Positions 33,753 through 44,699 of a stretch of 64,000 bases of DNA are shown one piece after another. The notes beneath the pieces were generated by a model. It was given only the letters and a program-made list of their open reading frames with translations, did not search any database and was not told the origin of the DNA. Made by a program: the position numbers and the translations under genes. Source of the stretch: Cyanidioschyzon merolae (taxonomy: Eukaryota); assembly GCA_000091205.1 (NCBI GenBank), contig AP006497.2; one strand, written 5' to 3'. How positions within the stretch are numbered: the stretch's first letter is position 1; every line of letters starts with the position of its first letter.

Positions 33753-34370
33753 GTGCTCATGCGATACCTGCGATCAAGCGCATTGACTGCGCGACTGATC
33801 AAAGCCGGGTGTTTGCGTGAACCAGCGTGGATGTCGGCGCTCCGGGGTCTGGAGGCTGTACGCGCACAGCCCGTGCTTGATCCGGACGCTCGGGTTCCGA
33901 AGCCTGGAACCCGGACGCGTACGGCGAATGACCACACTTCACGGGTATCGCTGCTGCAACGACTGCGCCGCCGACTTGCGGAACGTCACCCCGAGTGGCT
34001 ACTCCACGTTGTGGTTGACCTCAATGCACCAACGAGAGCAGAGCGCGACGTGATCGAAAAGTTTGTTCGTATGCAGGCGGAGCTCATTCAGAGGGAGCAG
34101 TTGTCCGAAGAGGAAGCTTATGAACGCACGCTGGCCGTGCTACGCAGCGAACTACCGCGGACGTCGCAGCTGGCGGCGCTGGTTGAACAGCAGCAGACCG
34201 CGTCAAAGAGTGTCGGGTTGTCTCAGGTTATGGTGGCCGCACCGTCGCTTTCCGTTGCTAGTCCCGAGCGCCCACTCCAGGATCCAGAGGCCGTTTTTCT
34301 GGCAAGTCTCCAGGATGCACAACGTGATCGCTGGTTATTCGAGCAGTTTAGTAGACGTTTAACGAGTTAG
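33753..34370 (+). CDS. Hypothetical 205-aa protein with a presequence-like, Arg/Ser/Ala-rich N-terminus (MLMRYLRSSALTARLIKAG…)
   Basis: An open 618-bp ORF with a coiled-coil-like, acidic C-terminal half. I recognised no domain. A mitochondrial targeting prediction would be needed to test the presequence idea. Confidence 0.35.
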   Translation: MLMRYLRSSALTARLIKAGCLREPAWMSALRGLEAVRAQPVLDPDARVPKPGTRTRTANDHTSRVSLLQRLRRRLAERHPEWLLHVVVDLNAPTRAERDVIEKFVRMQAELIQREQLSEEEAYERTLAVLRSELPRTSQLAALVEQQQTASKSVGLSQVMVAAPSLSVASPERPLQDPEAVFLASLQDAQRDRWLFEQFSRRLTS

Positions 34371-34550
34371 AGACGAGGTTTCCGCGTGAACACTGCGAAC
34401 GAGTCTGTCGATGTGAACGAGCAAGATCTACTGGGCAAGCGTTCGCGGAACAGCGTTGGGGCGTTATTGTGTTCCGTGCTGGTCACGCGCGAGCATCCCA
34501 GAAACTGAGCGTGCATCAGTAGGCGGCACGCCTCTGTGTCAAAGGCGTCG

Positions 34551-34568
34551 CACACACACACACACACA
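34551..34568. repeat. (CA)9 dinucleotide microsatellite
   Basis: A direct read of the sequence. Confidence 0.9.
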
Positions 34569-36239
34569 AGTACGCACGATATGAATTTCAGCGGTGCTTG
34601 GTATCGTTGCACAGGATACCGCCGGCATTCGCTTTCCAAGGCGGGCTCCTCATACCATGTATCGATATCATGGCTCCTCCGCAAAACACGGATGATCGCC
34701 AACAGCAACGAAAACGGTTAGACAAGTCTGATGGAATCCGTGAGACAGCATTGGTGTAGCGAGCTTCGTTCAAGGGGTGCGCTATCGCATACTTCGTCGA
34801 AACAGATCGATATGATGCGCTGGCGCTCAGCGAGGCAGTATGCACCAAGAAACAAGGGAGAGACGCTGACGACCATACGTCTTTGATCGTGTGTGCGAGG
34901 TAAATTACGAACAGGCACGGGCTTGTAGAACGGGTTCATCGCTGGCGAGCTCTCGTCGAGCATGCGTCTCATGTACGTGATACCGACATAAACAGCAAGA
35001 GACACGACATTCTTGCGGTGAGCATTTCTGAGTACAGTGTAAAGAGGCCATGGGCGCAGTTAGAGAGGAAGCATCCTCGACAGATCGCCGATGGTACCGG
35101 TTGGTGTCATATATGCGCATATGTTTCGTAAATGACCCGCTTGCAAGCGAGCTCGCTTCTTTCGTATGAACTTCGAAGCCTGTTGGTCATTCAGGGTGGC
35201 GCTGAAACCCGCTCCATCTCCCGAGACATGTTTCTGGGGTGCAGCATCATTCACATGAAAAGAGGATCATCGAATCTACCGCGAGCACCGTCACGGGCGC
35301 TCCGACAGTTTCGTGCTGTGCTAAGCGACTGCAGGTGCTCCACTGGTGCAACTTGCCCCAGTGTCTGCTGACCGCATCTCATCCCCGAAACCCGACATAC
35401 ACCAGCTTTACCAGTGCATCATCGACAGATGTAACCAATCGTGCGCGTAACACGCAACACCAATGCCCGTATAAACATCAGAAGACCTCCGGTAGGAGAC
35501 CTCGAATCTGATGCCTCAAATATGATCCGTAAACCAAAAAATATCGCCGGATCATGAAGCGTCCATTGATACCTACTCAGTGGCGCTGCCCAGCTTTTTC
35601 GGACCGGCCGCCTGCAATCGGTCTCAGTTTACCCAAACACATTTCGAGCTTGAGAGGCTGCCGTGCGATTCTAGATCGCTTCAGTTCCTCGGGCATCGTC
35701 TTGATCAGCACAAGTCTCATGATGTTGACGGCCGGTGTTGGAGTATCGGCTCACAAACTCCGTGCGTTTCTTGCCGCTGGCGGATCGCATCGATGTACGG
35801 GTTGCTAGTACTCGTGCCGTCTCTGCCACTGCAGTCTCGTCATCGTCCTGTCGAGCAAACACCTTTTCCCGCCGATCTCCTCTCTTCTTCTTGTTCTTCG
35901 TGACTTGCTCTTCTTCACTCGATATTCGACGACGAGACGATTTTTTCGTTGTTTTCCGGTACCCGGCGATGCCAACCCTCTAGGATCCTTGACTTCCATG
36001 TCCATGCCTTGCCATGAGTTCTTTATTTCTTCAAATGAACGCACTTGGAACACGTCTGCTATAAACCGCGAAAAACCTCTTCATTTCCAGTCGCCTCGGT
36101 ATGAACCAAAATGAACTCGAAAGACTCGGCAGGGCACCCGTCTGTGCCAGGGTGTTCGGCCAGATTTTGCCGCCCCGCGGATCAAGTCGCTACCCAGAGA
36201 CGCCACTGTTCTTGTCCCAACTTCGTCTGAGAAGGGGTC

Positions 36240-36863
36240 GTGCGCCAACACAGTGTTTCGAATCAGACGTATATGGACTTGAGCAGCCCGCAGGAGACCT
36301 TGCGTCCTCGCTATAACGCGGTAGCGTGGTCGGTGTTGCTGGTGCGGCGTCCAAGAACGCTGTTGGCGACGGCTGGTCAAGCTGCGCTGCGCCCAGCGCT
36401 GATGGTTCGTGGATTCAACGTCAGGGTCGGGATCGTGTTGCATCAGCTACCTGATGCACCGATCCGTGCTAGAAATTACCTATACTGTCTTTCTGAGAAA
36501 CAACCGGACTCTAAAAAGCCGACGGACCGGAGCCGGCGGGACGCTTCGCAACCAGTGCCCAGAGACCAGTCCGTTGAGCAACGCCTCGCACGAGAAGCCA
36601 CTCAGCACGGGCACGGATCAGAGGAGGAAGCGCCTGTCTTTGATGAGACTGCCGCACGGGCTGCTGAGATTCTGGAACTTTTGGAAGGTCTGCGCGCATT
36701 CCGGCAACGAATTATTGATGATGCGCAAGCCATGGCGAAGCAGATCAGAACCCCGAAGGAGCAAGTTGATGCGAGTTTAGCGAAACATCCCGATATCGCT
36801 AAGATTGATGCGAGCATCCGCCGACTGGAAGCGGAGCTGAAGGCGATCAGCGATAACGTGTGA
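36240..36863 (+). CDS. Hypothetical protein (at most 207 aa; the true start is probably at an internal Met) with a helical, coiled-coil C-terminus (…LELLEGLRAFRQRIIDDAQAMAKQI…IRRLEAELKAISDNV)
   Basis: An ORF only, with no family recognised. It is placed between repeat-free flanks. Confidence 0.3.
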   Translation: MRQHSVSNQTYMDLSSPQETLRPRYNAVAWSVLLVRRPRTLLATAGQAALRPALMVRGFNVRVGIVLHQLPDAPIRARNYLYCLSEKQPDSKKPTDRSRRDASQPVPRDQSVEQRLAREATQHGHGSEEEAPVFDETAARAAEILELLEGLRAFRQRIIDDAQAMAKQIRTPKEQVDASLAKHPDIAKIDASIRRLEAELKAISDNV

Positions 36864-37149
36864 GTTGCGGATCTCGGGCAGAGGCGCTCCGATACGTGGC
36901 CATATGCCACGTCAGTAGGAGTAAGAAAGCGTGAAGCACCTTCCGGCTGGCTGATCGAACGCAGCCGCCGTGCCACTCGCAAGCCGGTGATGGTGCATGG
37001 AATTCCCGTCAGATTCTGAAGCGACTAGCTATGAAGACGAGGTATATAGGTGGCAGCCAACGCAATGCTAGGATTTGCAACGATAACGGCTCAGCTTCGG
37101 GCCTGTTTGAGACGGAATGGAGCTAGCCGCTGCATTGTACAATTTTTTC

Positions 37150-38430
37150 TCAGCAAAGGAGCTCCGCCATGACGCGCTCTTCATCCGCTGGCGATGCAAC
37201 GATTCGACAGAAACCGATTCCTTCACCAGGTGACGGATTTTCCCATTTGCCTGCAAACGACGTCACCACTTTCACCACATCGTTCTCGGTGCTTTCAAAA
37301 AGAGTCGGGTGATTGGGTCCCCGCAAAAGCACTCTCCGTATGCATTCATCCAGTGGAACCGGGAAAACGAGAACGCCTACGGGGTAGGCATTCGCTTGCG
37401 CTGCAATCGCTATCCAGACCGCTCGTTGTGCGCTATCCACGTTGCACCGGTCGACAATGACGTGGCGAGGAGGATCAGACGTGAGCGCCTCCTGCATCAT
37501 GCGCTCACACTCCTGCCGAGATCCGAGATCATCCTGGCTGACTCGTACCCAGTTTTCACCTCCGTGTTTTAACACGAGTTTCGCGAATGTCGACTTTCCC
37601 GATCCAGGAATGCCACAGAGTAGGACTACGCGGGACCGATGCGCTCTCCCCGAGCTCTGGAGTTGCTCCTCCGAGGACCTGTATTGAAACTCGGAACTGG
37701 CTGCTGTCACCTCGGTCAGCGGCGCAGCCACACCCCAGCGTTGATCAGCTTCGCGGGTGCGCCCGATGTCGCAGTCGTGACCAGCAGTGTCGTCGGTGTT
37801 GCTCGGCGAACACGCAGTCGATGATAGGCAGCTCACGTGCAGCTCTCCACGCTCCTTACTGGCCAGAACCGACTGTTGCGGGCGCAACCGCTCCAGGTCC
37901 GAAGTGCCGTCTGTTCGCGAAAGCAGTGGCGCTCGGACAGCGCTCCGGATCGAAACGAAAAGCCTCTGTAAACGGTGTACCAACTGTACCGTTTGGCGAG
38001 CTGGGTTGTTCCCTGAGGCAGTGCTGGTCCGCATATCGCCAGAAAACAATGTCTGGCGTAGAGGGTGCTCGCTCAGAGCCAGCGTCACTTTGCAGTGTCG
38101 CCGCGCAGCGGGCTCCCTGCTCTTGCAGCAAAGTCGTCGAGCACACGTGTTTGCCGGCGTCGGTCGCTGCTGAACCAGAACCAAAGTTGGACCCACGAAA
38201 AGTCGAGTTCCAAGCTTCCTCTTGAGCATGGTCCTCAGCGACACCGCGATAGCCAGCCAGCTGCACAGTGCATAGTTTTCGGACAGTGCTGCGGCCAGAA
38301 GCTGCCGTTCAGTAGGGTTTACGCTGCGCGAACGGCGCTGCGGGAAGTTTGGGCGTTTTGCGCGCACATCGAATCCCAGGCGCTGGCCGCGCTGCTCCCC
38401 AGACCTGCTACGGTACAACAGGGGATTCAC
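37150..38430 (-). CDS. PNKP-type polynucleotide 5'-kinase domain protein (P-loop kinase only; no HAD phosphatase motif), 426-aa ORF with a low-complexity N-terminal ~250 aa
   Basis: VVLLCGIPGSGKSTFAKLV (P-loop), VSQDDLGSRQEC, HVIVDRCNVDSAQRAVWIAIA and F…NPSPGEGIGFCRIV are collinear with the mammalian PNKP kinase domain (GFPGAGKSTF … NRDTLGSWQRC … VIDNTNPD…RARYI … F.APTLAEGFSAI). No DxDGT phosphatase motif is present upstream. Confidence 0.6.
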   Translation of the reverse strand: MNPLLYRSRSGEQRGQRLGFDVRAKRPNFPQRRSRSVNPTERQLLAAALSENYALCSWLAIAVSLRTMLKRKLGTRLFVGPTLVLVQQRPTPANTCARRLCCKSREPAARRHCKVTLALSEHPLRQTLFSGDMRTSTASGNNPARQTVQLVHRLQRLFVSIRSAVRAPLLSRTDGTSDLERLRPQQSVLASKERGELHVSCLSSTACSPSNTDDTAGHDCDIGRTREADQRWGVAAPLTEVTAASSEFQYRSSEEQLQSSGRAHRSRVVLLCGIPGSGKSTFAKLVLKHGGENWVRVSQDDLGSRQECERMMQEALTSDPPRHVIVDRCNVDSAQRAVWIAIAAQANAYPVGVLVFPVPLDECIRRVLLRGPNHPTLFESTENDVVKVVTSFAGKWENPSPGEGIGFCRIVASPADEERVMAELLC

Positions 38431-38542
38431 CGGCGTTGTCGGTGCTTATGTACTCATCTGGGGTGGCGTCCGACCAGTGGGGCTTGACTGAAATGATATA
38501 TGTTGGAGTATGTTTTGTGTGGAGCGTGCATCTGGGGATACA

Positions 38543-38930
38543 GCACGCGCATGATGCGTGCGTGCTTGGCACCGAACGCAGTAGCCACGACGACTCCTAC
38601 AGAGCGCCTCCTCTGGGTCGTTGAGGGCGTCAGATTCCATGCCACACTTGAGACTGGCAGTGCCCATACACGCACTGGAGCTGAGCGTTGTCATAAATCG
38701 GGACCTGGGGCTGCGAAACAATCGCTCTCAATGGTATTGCTGGCGTGCAACGAATGGACAGCGGGCACCACAACGCAAGTGCCCGCGGAATGCGGTGCGC
38801 TGGATGATTTCCTTGCATCTGTATGCAAGGATGCGCGCTCTGCTTCTTGTGCTGGTGCTGCTGCTTTGGGGAATTTGTGCACGTGCGTCATCCACGCTGA
38901 TGGTTGCTTTTCGAATGGTGACTACTGAGG
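38543..38930 (+). repeat. Repeat E, copy 1 (388 bp); it is the inverted partner of 44305-44692
   Basis: The overlapping ORF translations are about 97% identical in inverted orientation (…TRMMRACLAPNAVATTTPTERLLWVVEGVRFHATLETGSAHTRTG…). Confidence 0.8.
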
Positions 38931-39709
38931 CGCATTCGCGAACATACATACTGATCTTTACCGAGCAGCAAGCGCGAAGCAGTCGCATGTAAGCGATTGT
39001 TGCGACAATCAGCTACCCGCATGCGTAAAGCTCTACCATTGCCAACGATGCTCTCTACTGAAACCGCATCATCCTCGGAAGGCACGTATCACCGATGCGC
39101 TATTATCATTGGACGCAAGCCGCCGAATCATCGTGCCGTTCGGCAGCGCGTGCACCACCAAACGATCAAAAAGCGCAGGTTACACCTGCACCCGTTCGCC
39201 TGCACCGCAGTATCTCGTTCAAGCAGTCGCACGATGATGGGGCTATTGCGCCAATCTGGAAACCGCACCGCCGTCCACCGACAATCCCGCGAACACCCGT
39301 GTCCTTTCCTACCTAACAAAATGTTAACGTACACCGGGGGATTCCGATTGGGCGCCAGCTAGCAGCGCTCTATGTAGCAAACACACGTCCACGTGTCGAT
39401 CGCGCGTGCACCGGAATCCCGCCTCTGCCAGCAGCTGTGCGCTGCGGTGATCGCGGATTCGCGCCAACGACGCCAAGCGCTGCTGCTGGTGCTCTCGGTG
39501 CCCGTAATCCGTTGTTGCGCTCAGACGATATGCGCGCGCGCGCACGCTGGCGGGGGCACTGGCTGCGATCCGCGAACGTACGTTGCCGTAGCGCTGCATT
39601 TTTCGTTGAGGCTGTGCTTGCTCGTAGGTCGAGAAGCGGCCCGGTTGCGGCCGCAAACAAGTTCGAGTCCAAACGGGACCCGCAACAACACGAACAAGTG
39701 TTTTGGTGA

Positions 39710-40573
39710 ATGTTCCTCTTTGCTAGCACGTTTGTGTGTCAGCGAGCCTGGCCGCGAGCGCGCTTTCGGAACGCCCCGTGTCGGCGCGTGACGTTGGACG
39801 CTAGGGGTGACTCAGTGAGTGCAGGTGCCGAACAGCCGACGCGTCGTCCTGAGGCGCCCGCGAAAAGGCGTGGGAGTCGCTTTCTCATCAAGGTCCGAAA
39901 GTCTGTGCGCACCACACGCAAGCACGGTAGCGTCATTCCAGCTGATGTTTGGTTACCACCCGAACTAACAAGTGACGTTTTGCCTTGCGGCGACAGCAAA
40001 CTCTTGGATAATGAGGCGCACTTACCGGCGCTGGTGCTCAACGCGGACTATAGACCCCTTTCGTACCTGCCACTGTCGTTGTGGTCCTGGCAAGAAGCAA
40101 TAAAGGCGTCGCTTTCGGGTCGCGTTCGTGTTGTTGCCGAGTACGATAAAATTATTCGTGCACCGTCGATGAGCATGCGGTTGCCTGCTGTGGTGTGCCT
40201 CAAGCGCTTTCAGCAGAGCACGGTCTCTCGGGCAGCTTTCACACGTTTTAACGTCTTCCTTCGGGACTCGTTCCAGTGCCAGTATTGTGGTACGAGCGGG
40301 CCTATCACAGATCTGACGTTTGATCACGTCGTGCCGCGTTCGCGCGGTGGCAAGACGTGCTGGCGCAATGTCGTCACCTGCTGCACGGCCTGCAATCGAC
40401 GCAAAGGCGGCAAACTGCCCCACGAAATACCAAATATGACGTTGCAACGTCAACCTTATGTACCGCTATACTGTGAATTGCAGGAAGTGGCCCGTAAGTT
40501 TCCCCCGCGATTCTTGCATGAGACCTGGGCAGACTACCTGTTCTGGGATGTGCCCCTGCAACGAGACGAATGA
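39710..40573 (+). CDS. HNH endonuclease (bacterial McrA/COG1403-like HNH nuclease), 287 aa, with a ~100-aa Arg-rich N-terminal extension
   Basis: HNH core FQCQYCGTSGPITDLTFDHVVPRSRGGKTCWRNVVTCCTACNRRKGGK (Cys pairs plus DH…N…N). The N-terminal module LVLNADYRPLSYLPLSLWSWQEAIKASLSGRVRVV matches the conserved VLVLNASYEPL…W(R/Q)A…G lead-in of this bacterial family. The N-terminal stretch MFLFASTFVCQRAWPRARFRNAPCRR looks like an organellar presequence. Confidence 0.8.
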   Translation: MFLFASTFVCQRAWPRARFRNAPCRRVTLDARGDSVSAGAEQPTRRPEAPAKRRGSRFLIKVRKSVRTTRKHGSVIPADVWLPPELTSDVLPCGDSKLLDNEAHLPALVLNADYRPLSYLPLSLWSWQEAIKASLSGRVRVVAEYDKIIRAPSMSMRLPAVVCLKRFQQSTVSRAAFTRFNVFLRDSFQCQYCGTSGPITDLTFDHVVPRSRGGKTCWRNVVTCCTACNRRKGGKLPHEIPNMTLQRQPYVPLYCELQEVARKFPPRFLHETWADYLFWDVPLQRDE

Positions 40574-42893
40574 TGGAGGTTTGGGGTACGAACGTGACTT
40601 GGAAGTGCCCCGCCCCGCGGTTGCGTATCTCGAACGTTTGCCTGTCTGGGGCAAGCCTCGTTAGAATGCAGCACTTCAGTGCGAAGTGAGTATACGAGCT
40701 GCAAGAGCTGTCGACCAATCCACGGAGCGCGCGCTTCGTGGAACCATCTGATTCAGAGGATCCCGGGCAGAGCCATGATCTCTAGGCTTTCGAAGGCGTA
40801 TCGCTGCTTTTGCCGGCATTGGCGCTGTTCGTGGTCCAGATGTATTGGAAGCGAGTCCGACCGAACGCTATGCGCTGTCGAGAGAAACGACTGATTCAGC
40901 GTGTTATTTACTTTGCGATGGAGACGAATCCGCAGGCCACGATCGAGCCCTTTGCGAACAGTGCTTATTTCTGGTCGATCTGTAGATGTGCAGAATGGAG
41001 GTGTCAGGTGCATGGAATGCGCGTCACGATACAACGCGGATCTTGTGGCACGACATGGCATTGCACAGCTGGTACCGAGGAAGCTTCGTCAGAAACCAAC
41101 AGGGAGCTATTCTTTCCGTGTGGAATCGTGAGAAGCGTGCAATCGCTATGGGTTGCCATCCGTCGTGTATTTCAACGCAGCGAGGCCGTTTCATCTAGCG
41201 TGAATTCTAAAATGTGCAGTATCTGCTCATCGGTCAACTGCAGTACACTCGTGTCCGAATGAAGTGGAACCTGTCCACTTGCCTACGACAGGCGCACGCT
41301 CTCAAGTCTGGACAGCTCCCACTGCCATGAACACTGGTCTTTGCGGGCTTTTTATACAACTGATTCTTTTTTCTTCTTGACATCTTCGGCTCTAAACTCG
41401 CCTGGCTCTCCTGCCCGACCAGCTCCATCGTCCGCAATTCAAAGGATTTTGGCGGAGGCGTTCAATTCTCGTGTTCACCGCTTCTGCACGTGATTCACAA
41501 GCACCACGCGTAAGCGGAAAACTTGCGATCTACGCTTCGCTTGTTGCTTTCAATATCTTTTTGTCAGGTTTTGCGCGCCCTTCGCAGCGCTGACGCGTCA
41601 CAATTGGTAACGGTTCCCGAATGCGTCGGCCGCTCCTCGCTCTTCGGTAGACGCCCTGTGGCGCGCTAACGCTCGCTTGATCGCTTGTTTCATGCCCTTG
41701 ACAGGTACAGAAAGGAGGTCTCCGCTGCTTTGCTGTGTTTTGGCTCCTAGTCCGAGCCATGCGAACAACCCCTCGACTGGGAGACGCCCTCGGAGAATAC
41801 TCTGTTCGCTACAGGCGCAAGCGCACGCTGTTCCATTTGATGGAGGAATCGTTGAAAGCGATATTGTCCGGGATGGAAGAAGCACCCGAAAAGGAATTCT
41901 AGGCTCGAGAACACGTCGAGAAATGTTGATCCATCTCCGGCTCCTTGTTTCCAAAATGCTGACGCTTGCTCTATCGGAAGCCGTCGCTTTATGGACAGAG
42001 GTCCATGTCCAAGACACGTGTCCGTGCAAAAACCAGGATGCCGATGCCTTTCGAGGCATATCTCGTGATAGGCTTCGAGCTGGTGTCGCATGCATTTTGC
42101 CGATGGCCTCTAAGAGAGGGGCAATTTGTTTCTTGAGCGGAATCGATTCTTTGAAGTGAAAAGATCGTTGAATTCGCAGCGTGAACCTGTGAACAAGCAA
42201 TCAACGGATGACGTCGAGGTGTTTCCCTTTTCAAGTCAGCGGTGCGAATTCCAACGGCCACGATTTGTCCTGGAACAGAGAGATCGAAATCTTGAAAAAT
42301 GTGAAATTTGAGCATGCTACACGTACAAAAAGGAGAAGCGTGGAAGCCTGCACATGTTAATTGGATGAAGATATCCACTTTTTTAAGAGCTCTTGTTTCA
42401 TTGTGTCGCGAATCATTTCGATTCCGGCGACGTAACGAATTCCAGCAGCAAAGGATCGAAGGAATCGCTGCGAAAAGACTACCAAGAATAACAAACCCCG
42501 TATGCAACCGAACGTTCTTTCTACTGTTCTGCGACCACCAAAGCTCCACGTCTAGAACATCTTCTGAAAAACAATCACAACGCAGGAACAAAGCGACTGC
42601 TTCAGTGTTCCGTGTTTATCCGACACAACTCCAGCGGACGGAAATCTGTCCCTATCCGAGAACAGCGAATAGTTGCAACGCAGGCATGCCCTGCACCCGA
42701 TCGCATCAGGTAAACGGCCTTCTTCGATTGAGACAACGTTTCTCCGCACCGGGGATTCCCGATTTATCCATCCCACAGAGCAGGCAAACCATGGAGATCA
42801 CGTATTCGGTGAAAGCGTTGTCACCAGGTCTCCTCTGGTTGCGTTCAGCGCGATTGCATGCCCATGGACGTTGCCATACGACGCATCGGTCGC

Positions 42894-43733
42894 CTAGGCA
42901 TTGGGCACTTTGACTGGCGATAGACCCATCTGTTCAAAGCGGCCGCTCTGCTCCCAGGCATGAACGCCGCCCTCAATTTCCTCGAGCACACGAGCGGCCG
43001 TCTCCGAGGAAGCTCGGAATCCCTCGAGGAGTTGCTGGAGCCGCGGACGGTTCCGGAACACCGGACGATGATGCCACTTGGGCATGATCGCAGCGTACAT
43101 CGCCAGTGTGGGCGCCAAAGCGATATCTGCGAGGGTCACCATTTGCGTTTCGACGGCATGACGTCTGGTATTGTCCTCAGTGAGCATGGTCTCGAGTGTA
43201 TCGAGATGTAGCTCGATTTGCGAGAGCCCATGCTCTCGCTCCGCAGGTGTATTTGTAGGCCGATACAGCACCGCCTGATTCGTCGTGAGGTACAGATCGT
43301 GCACTCGTACATAGAGACGCGCGCGAGCTCTTTTCTCTGGAGTCTGCGGCCGGTATCGCTCCCCGAGTCCGTATTTGTCGAGGAGATACTCGACGATGAC
43401 GTCACTTTCCCAGATGCTCTCTCCCGTGGGCAGCACTAACGCAGGGAACTTGCCATACTTGTGCACTCTCTGTCGATATTCCGAAGTTTTCAGGTATGAA
43501 CCTGGAGGTTCAATTTTTATGTCCAGGTTGTTATCGTAGATGATATACCGAACGCGAGCAGAAAAGTTCGACACGGGAACCGAGAAAAGCGTAGCAGTCT
43601 GGTTGCTTGTCGTGTCGTTCATCAGCACGCACAAGGTTCCCTTGTTGATAAAGTGACGCCGTTGGGCTCGCGGAAATATTGCTTGGATAGGCGTATGCTT
43701 AGGTCGAACAGGCAGAGCGTGAATGAAAGCCAT
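42894..43733 (-). CDS. Glutathione S-transferase-like protein (thioredoxin-fold N-domain plus helical C-domain); probable start at the internal Met near 43622 (MNDTTSN…, about 242 aa)
   Basis: …KFPALVLPTGESIWESDVIVEYLLDKYG is the GST N-domain motif (cis-Pro region followed by ES..I..YL). The size and the helical C-terminal half are consistent with a GST. Confidence 0.55.
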   Translation of the reverse strand: MAFIHALPVRPKHTPIQAIFPRAQRRHFINKGTLCVLMNDTTSNQTATLFSVPVSNFSARVRYIIYDNNLDIKIEPPGSYLKTSEYRQRVHKYGKFPALVLPTGESIWESDVIVEYLLDKYGLGERYRPQTPEKRARARLYVRVHDLYLTTNQAVLYRPTNTPAEREHGLSQIELHLDTLETMLTEDNTRRHAVETQMVTLADIALAPTLAMYAAIMPKWHHRPVFRNRPRLQQLLEGFRASSETAARVLEEIEGGVHAWEQSGRFEQMGLSPVKVPNA

Positions 43734-43904
43734 CGGTTGTTGCGTAGGCCCCAGAAATACAGCGCGCTCTCTACGTGCCTCTGGGCGGGTCTAAGCGAAA
43801 GGACACAATAGTAATTGACAACTCTGGCTGCAAGCGATGCGATGCAGAGGCCACCGGGCGGCGGCTGCGGAGGCGTCCGGTGCTCGATGGAGCGATTCGC
43901 GAGG

Positions 43905-43964
<60 letters not shown>

Positions 43965-43965
43965 C
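43905..43965. repeat. (CCTG)15 tetranucleotide microsatellite, ~280 bp upstream of the GST-like start
   Basis: A direct read of the sequence. Confidence 0.95.
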
Positions 43966-44304
43966 TTCTCGCTACTGCTGAACAGCGTTTCGCGCCACGT
44001 GTGGTGGATGAGCTTAGGCGCTGCTCGATCAATGTTTACGCCAAGAGCTACCCGCATTGCTCTGTGGCTTGCAAACCCGGATGCTGGCCGACCGCATGGG
44101 TCCAGTACGTGCTGCTGCCAGATGAAGATCGAAGAACGAGTAGTTTTGGTGTTTAGGGTTCTCGGAATGGAGGCTCATTCCTGGTAGCGTTCATTAGAGA
44201 TTCGCAAAAGAAGCCGCCGATGATTTCAGGGCTGGGTTGAGCGTCTTTTGCGCGCTAGATGACAGGCGTATGCAGAGGTATCCACCATCAAGCACCCTTC
44301 GGGA

Positions 44305-44692
44305 CCTCAGTAGTCACCATTCGAAAAGCAACCATCAGCGTGGATGACGCAAGTGCACATATTCCCCGAAGCAGCAGCACCAGCACAAGCAGCAGAGCGC
44401 GCATCCTTGCATACAGATGCAAGAGAATCATCCAGCGCACCGCATTCCGCGGGCACTTGCGTTGTGGTGCCCGCTGTCCATTCGTTGCACGCCAGCAATA
44501 CCATTGAGAGCGATTGTTTCGCAGCCCCAGGTCCCGATTTATGACAACGCTCAGCTCCAGTGCGTGTATGGGCACTGCCAGTCTCAAGTGTGGCATGGAA
44601 TCTGACGCCCTCAACGACCCAGAGGAGGCGCTCTGTAGGAGTCGTCGTCGCCACTGCGTTCGGTGCCAAGCACGCACGCATCATGCGCGTGC
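44305..44692 (-). repeat. Repeat E, copy 2 (inverted relative to 38543-38930)
   Basis: The reverse complement aligns end-to-end with E1. Its 5' end, in the E1 sense, lies 7 bp from the start of the LINE 3'-end copy at 44700. Confidence 0.8.
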
Positions 44693-44699
44693 GCGTACC

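Noticed and set aside
33563-33937. GC-rich ORFs on both strands (a 124-aa minus ORF and an 82-aa plus ORF with poly-Ala) upstream of the 33753 gene.
   Set aside because: They are mutually overlapping low-complexity (GCC)n-driven ORFs, more likely promoter or 5'-UTR sequence than coding.
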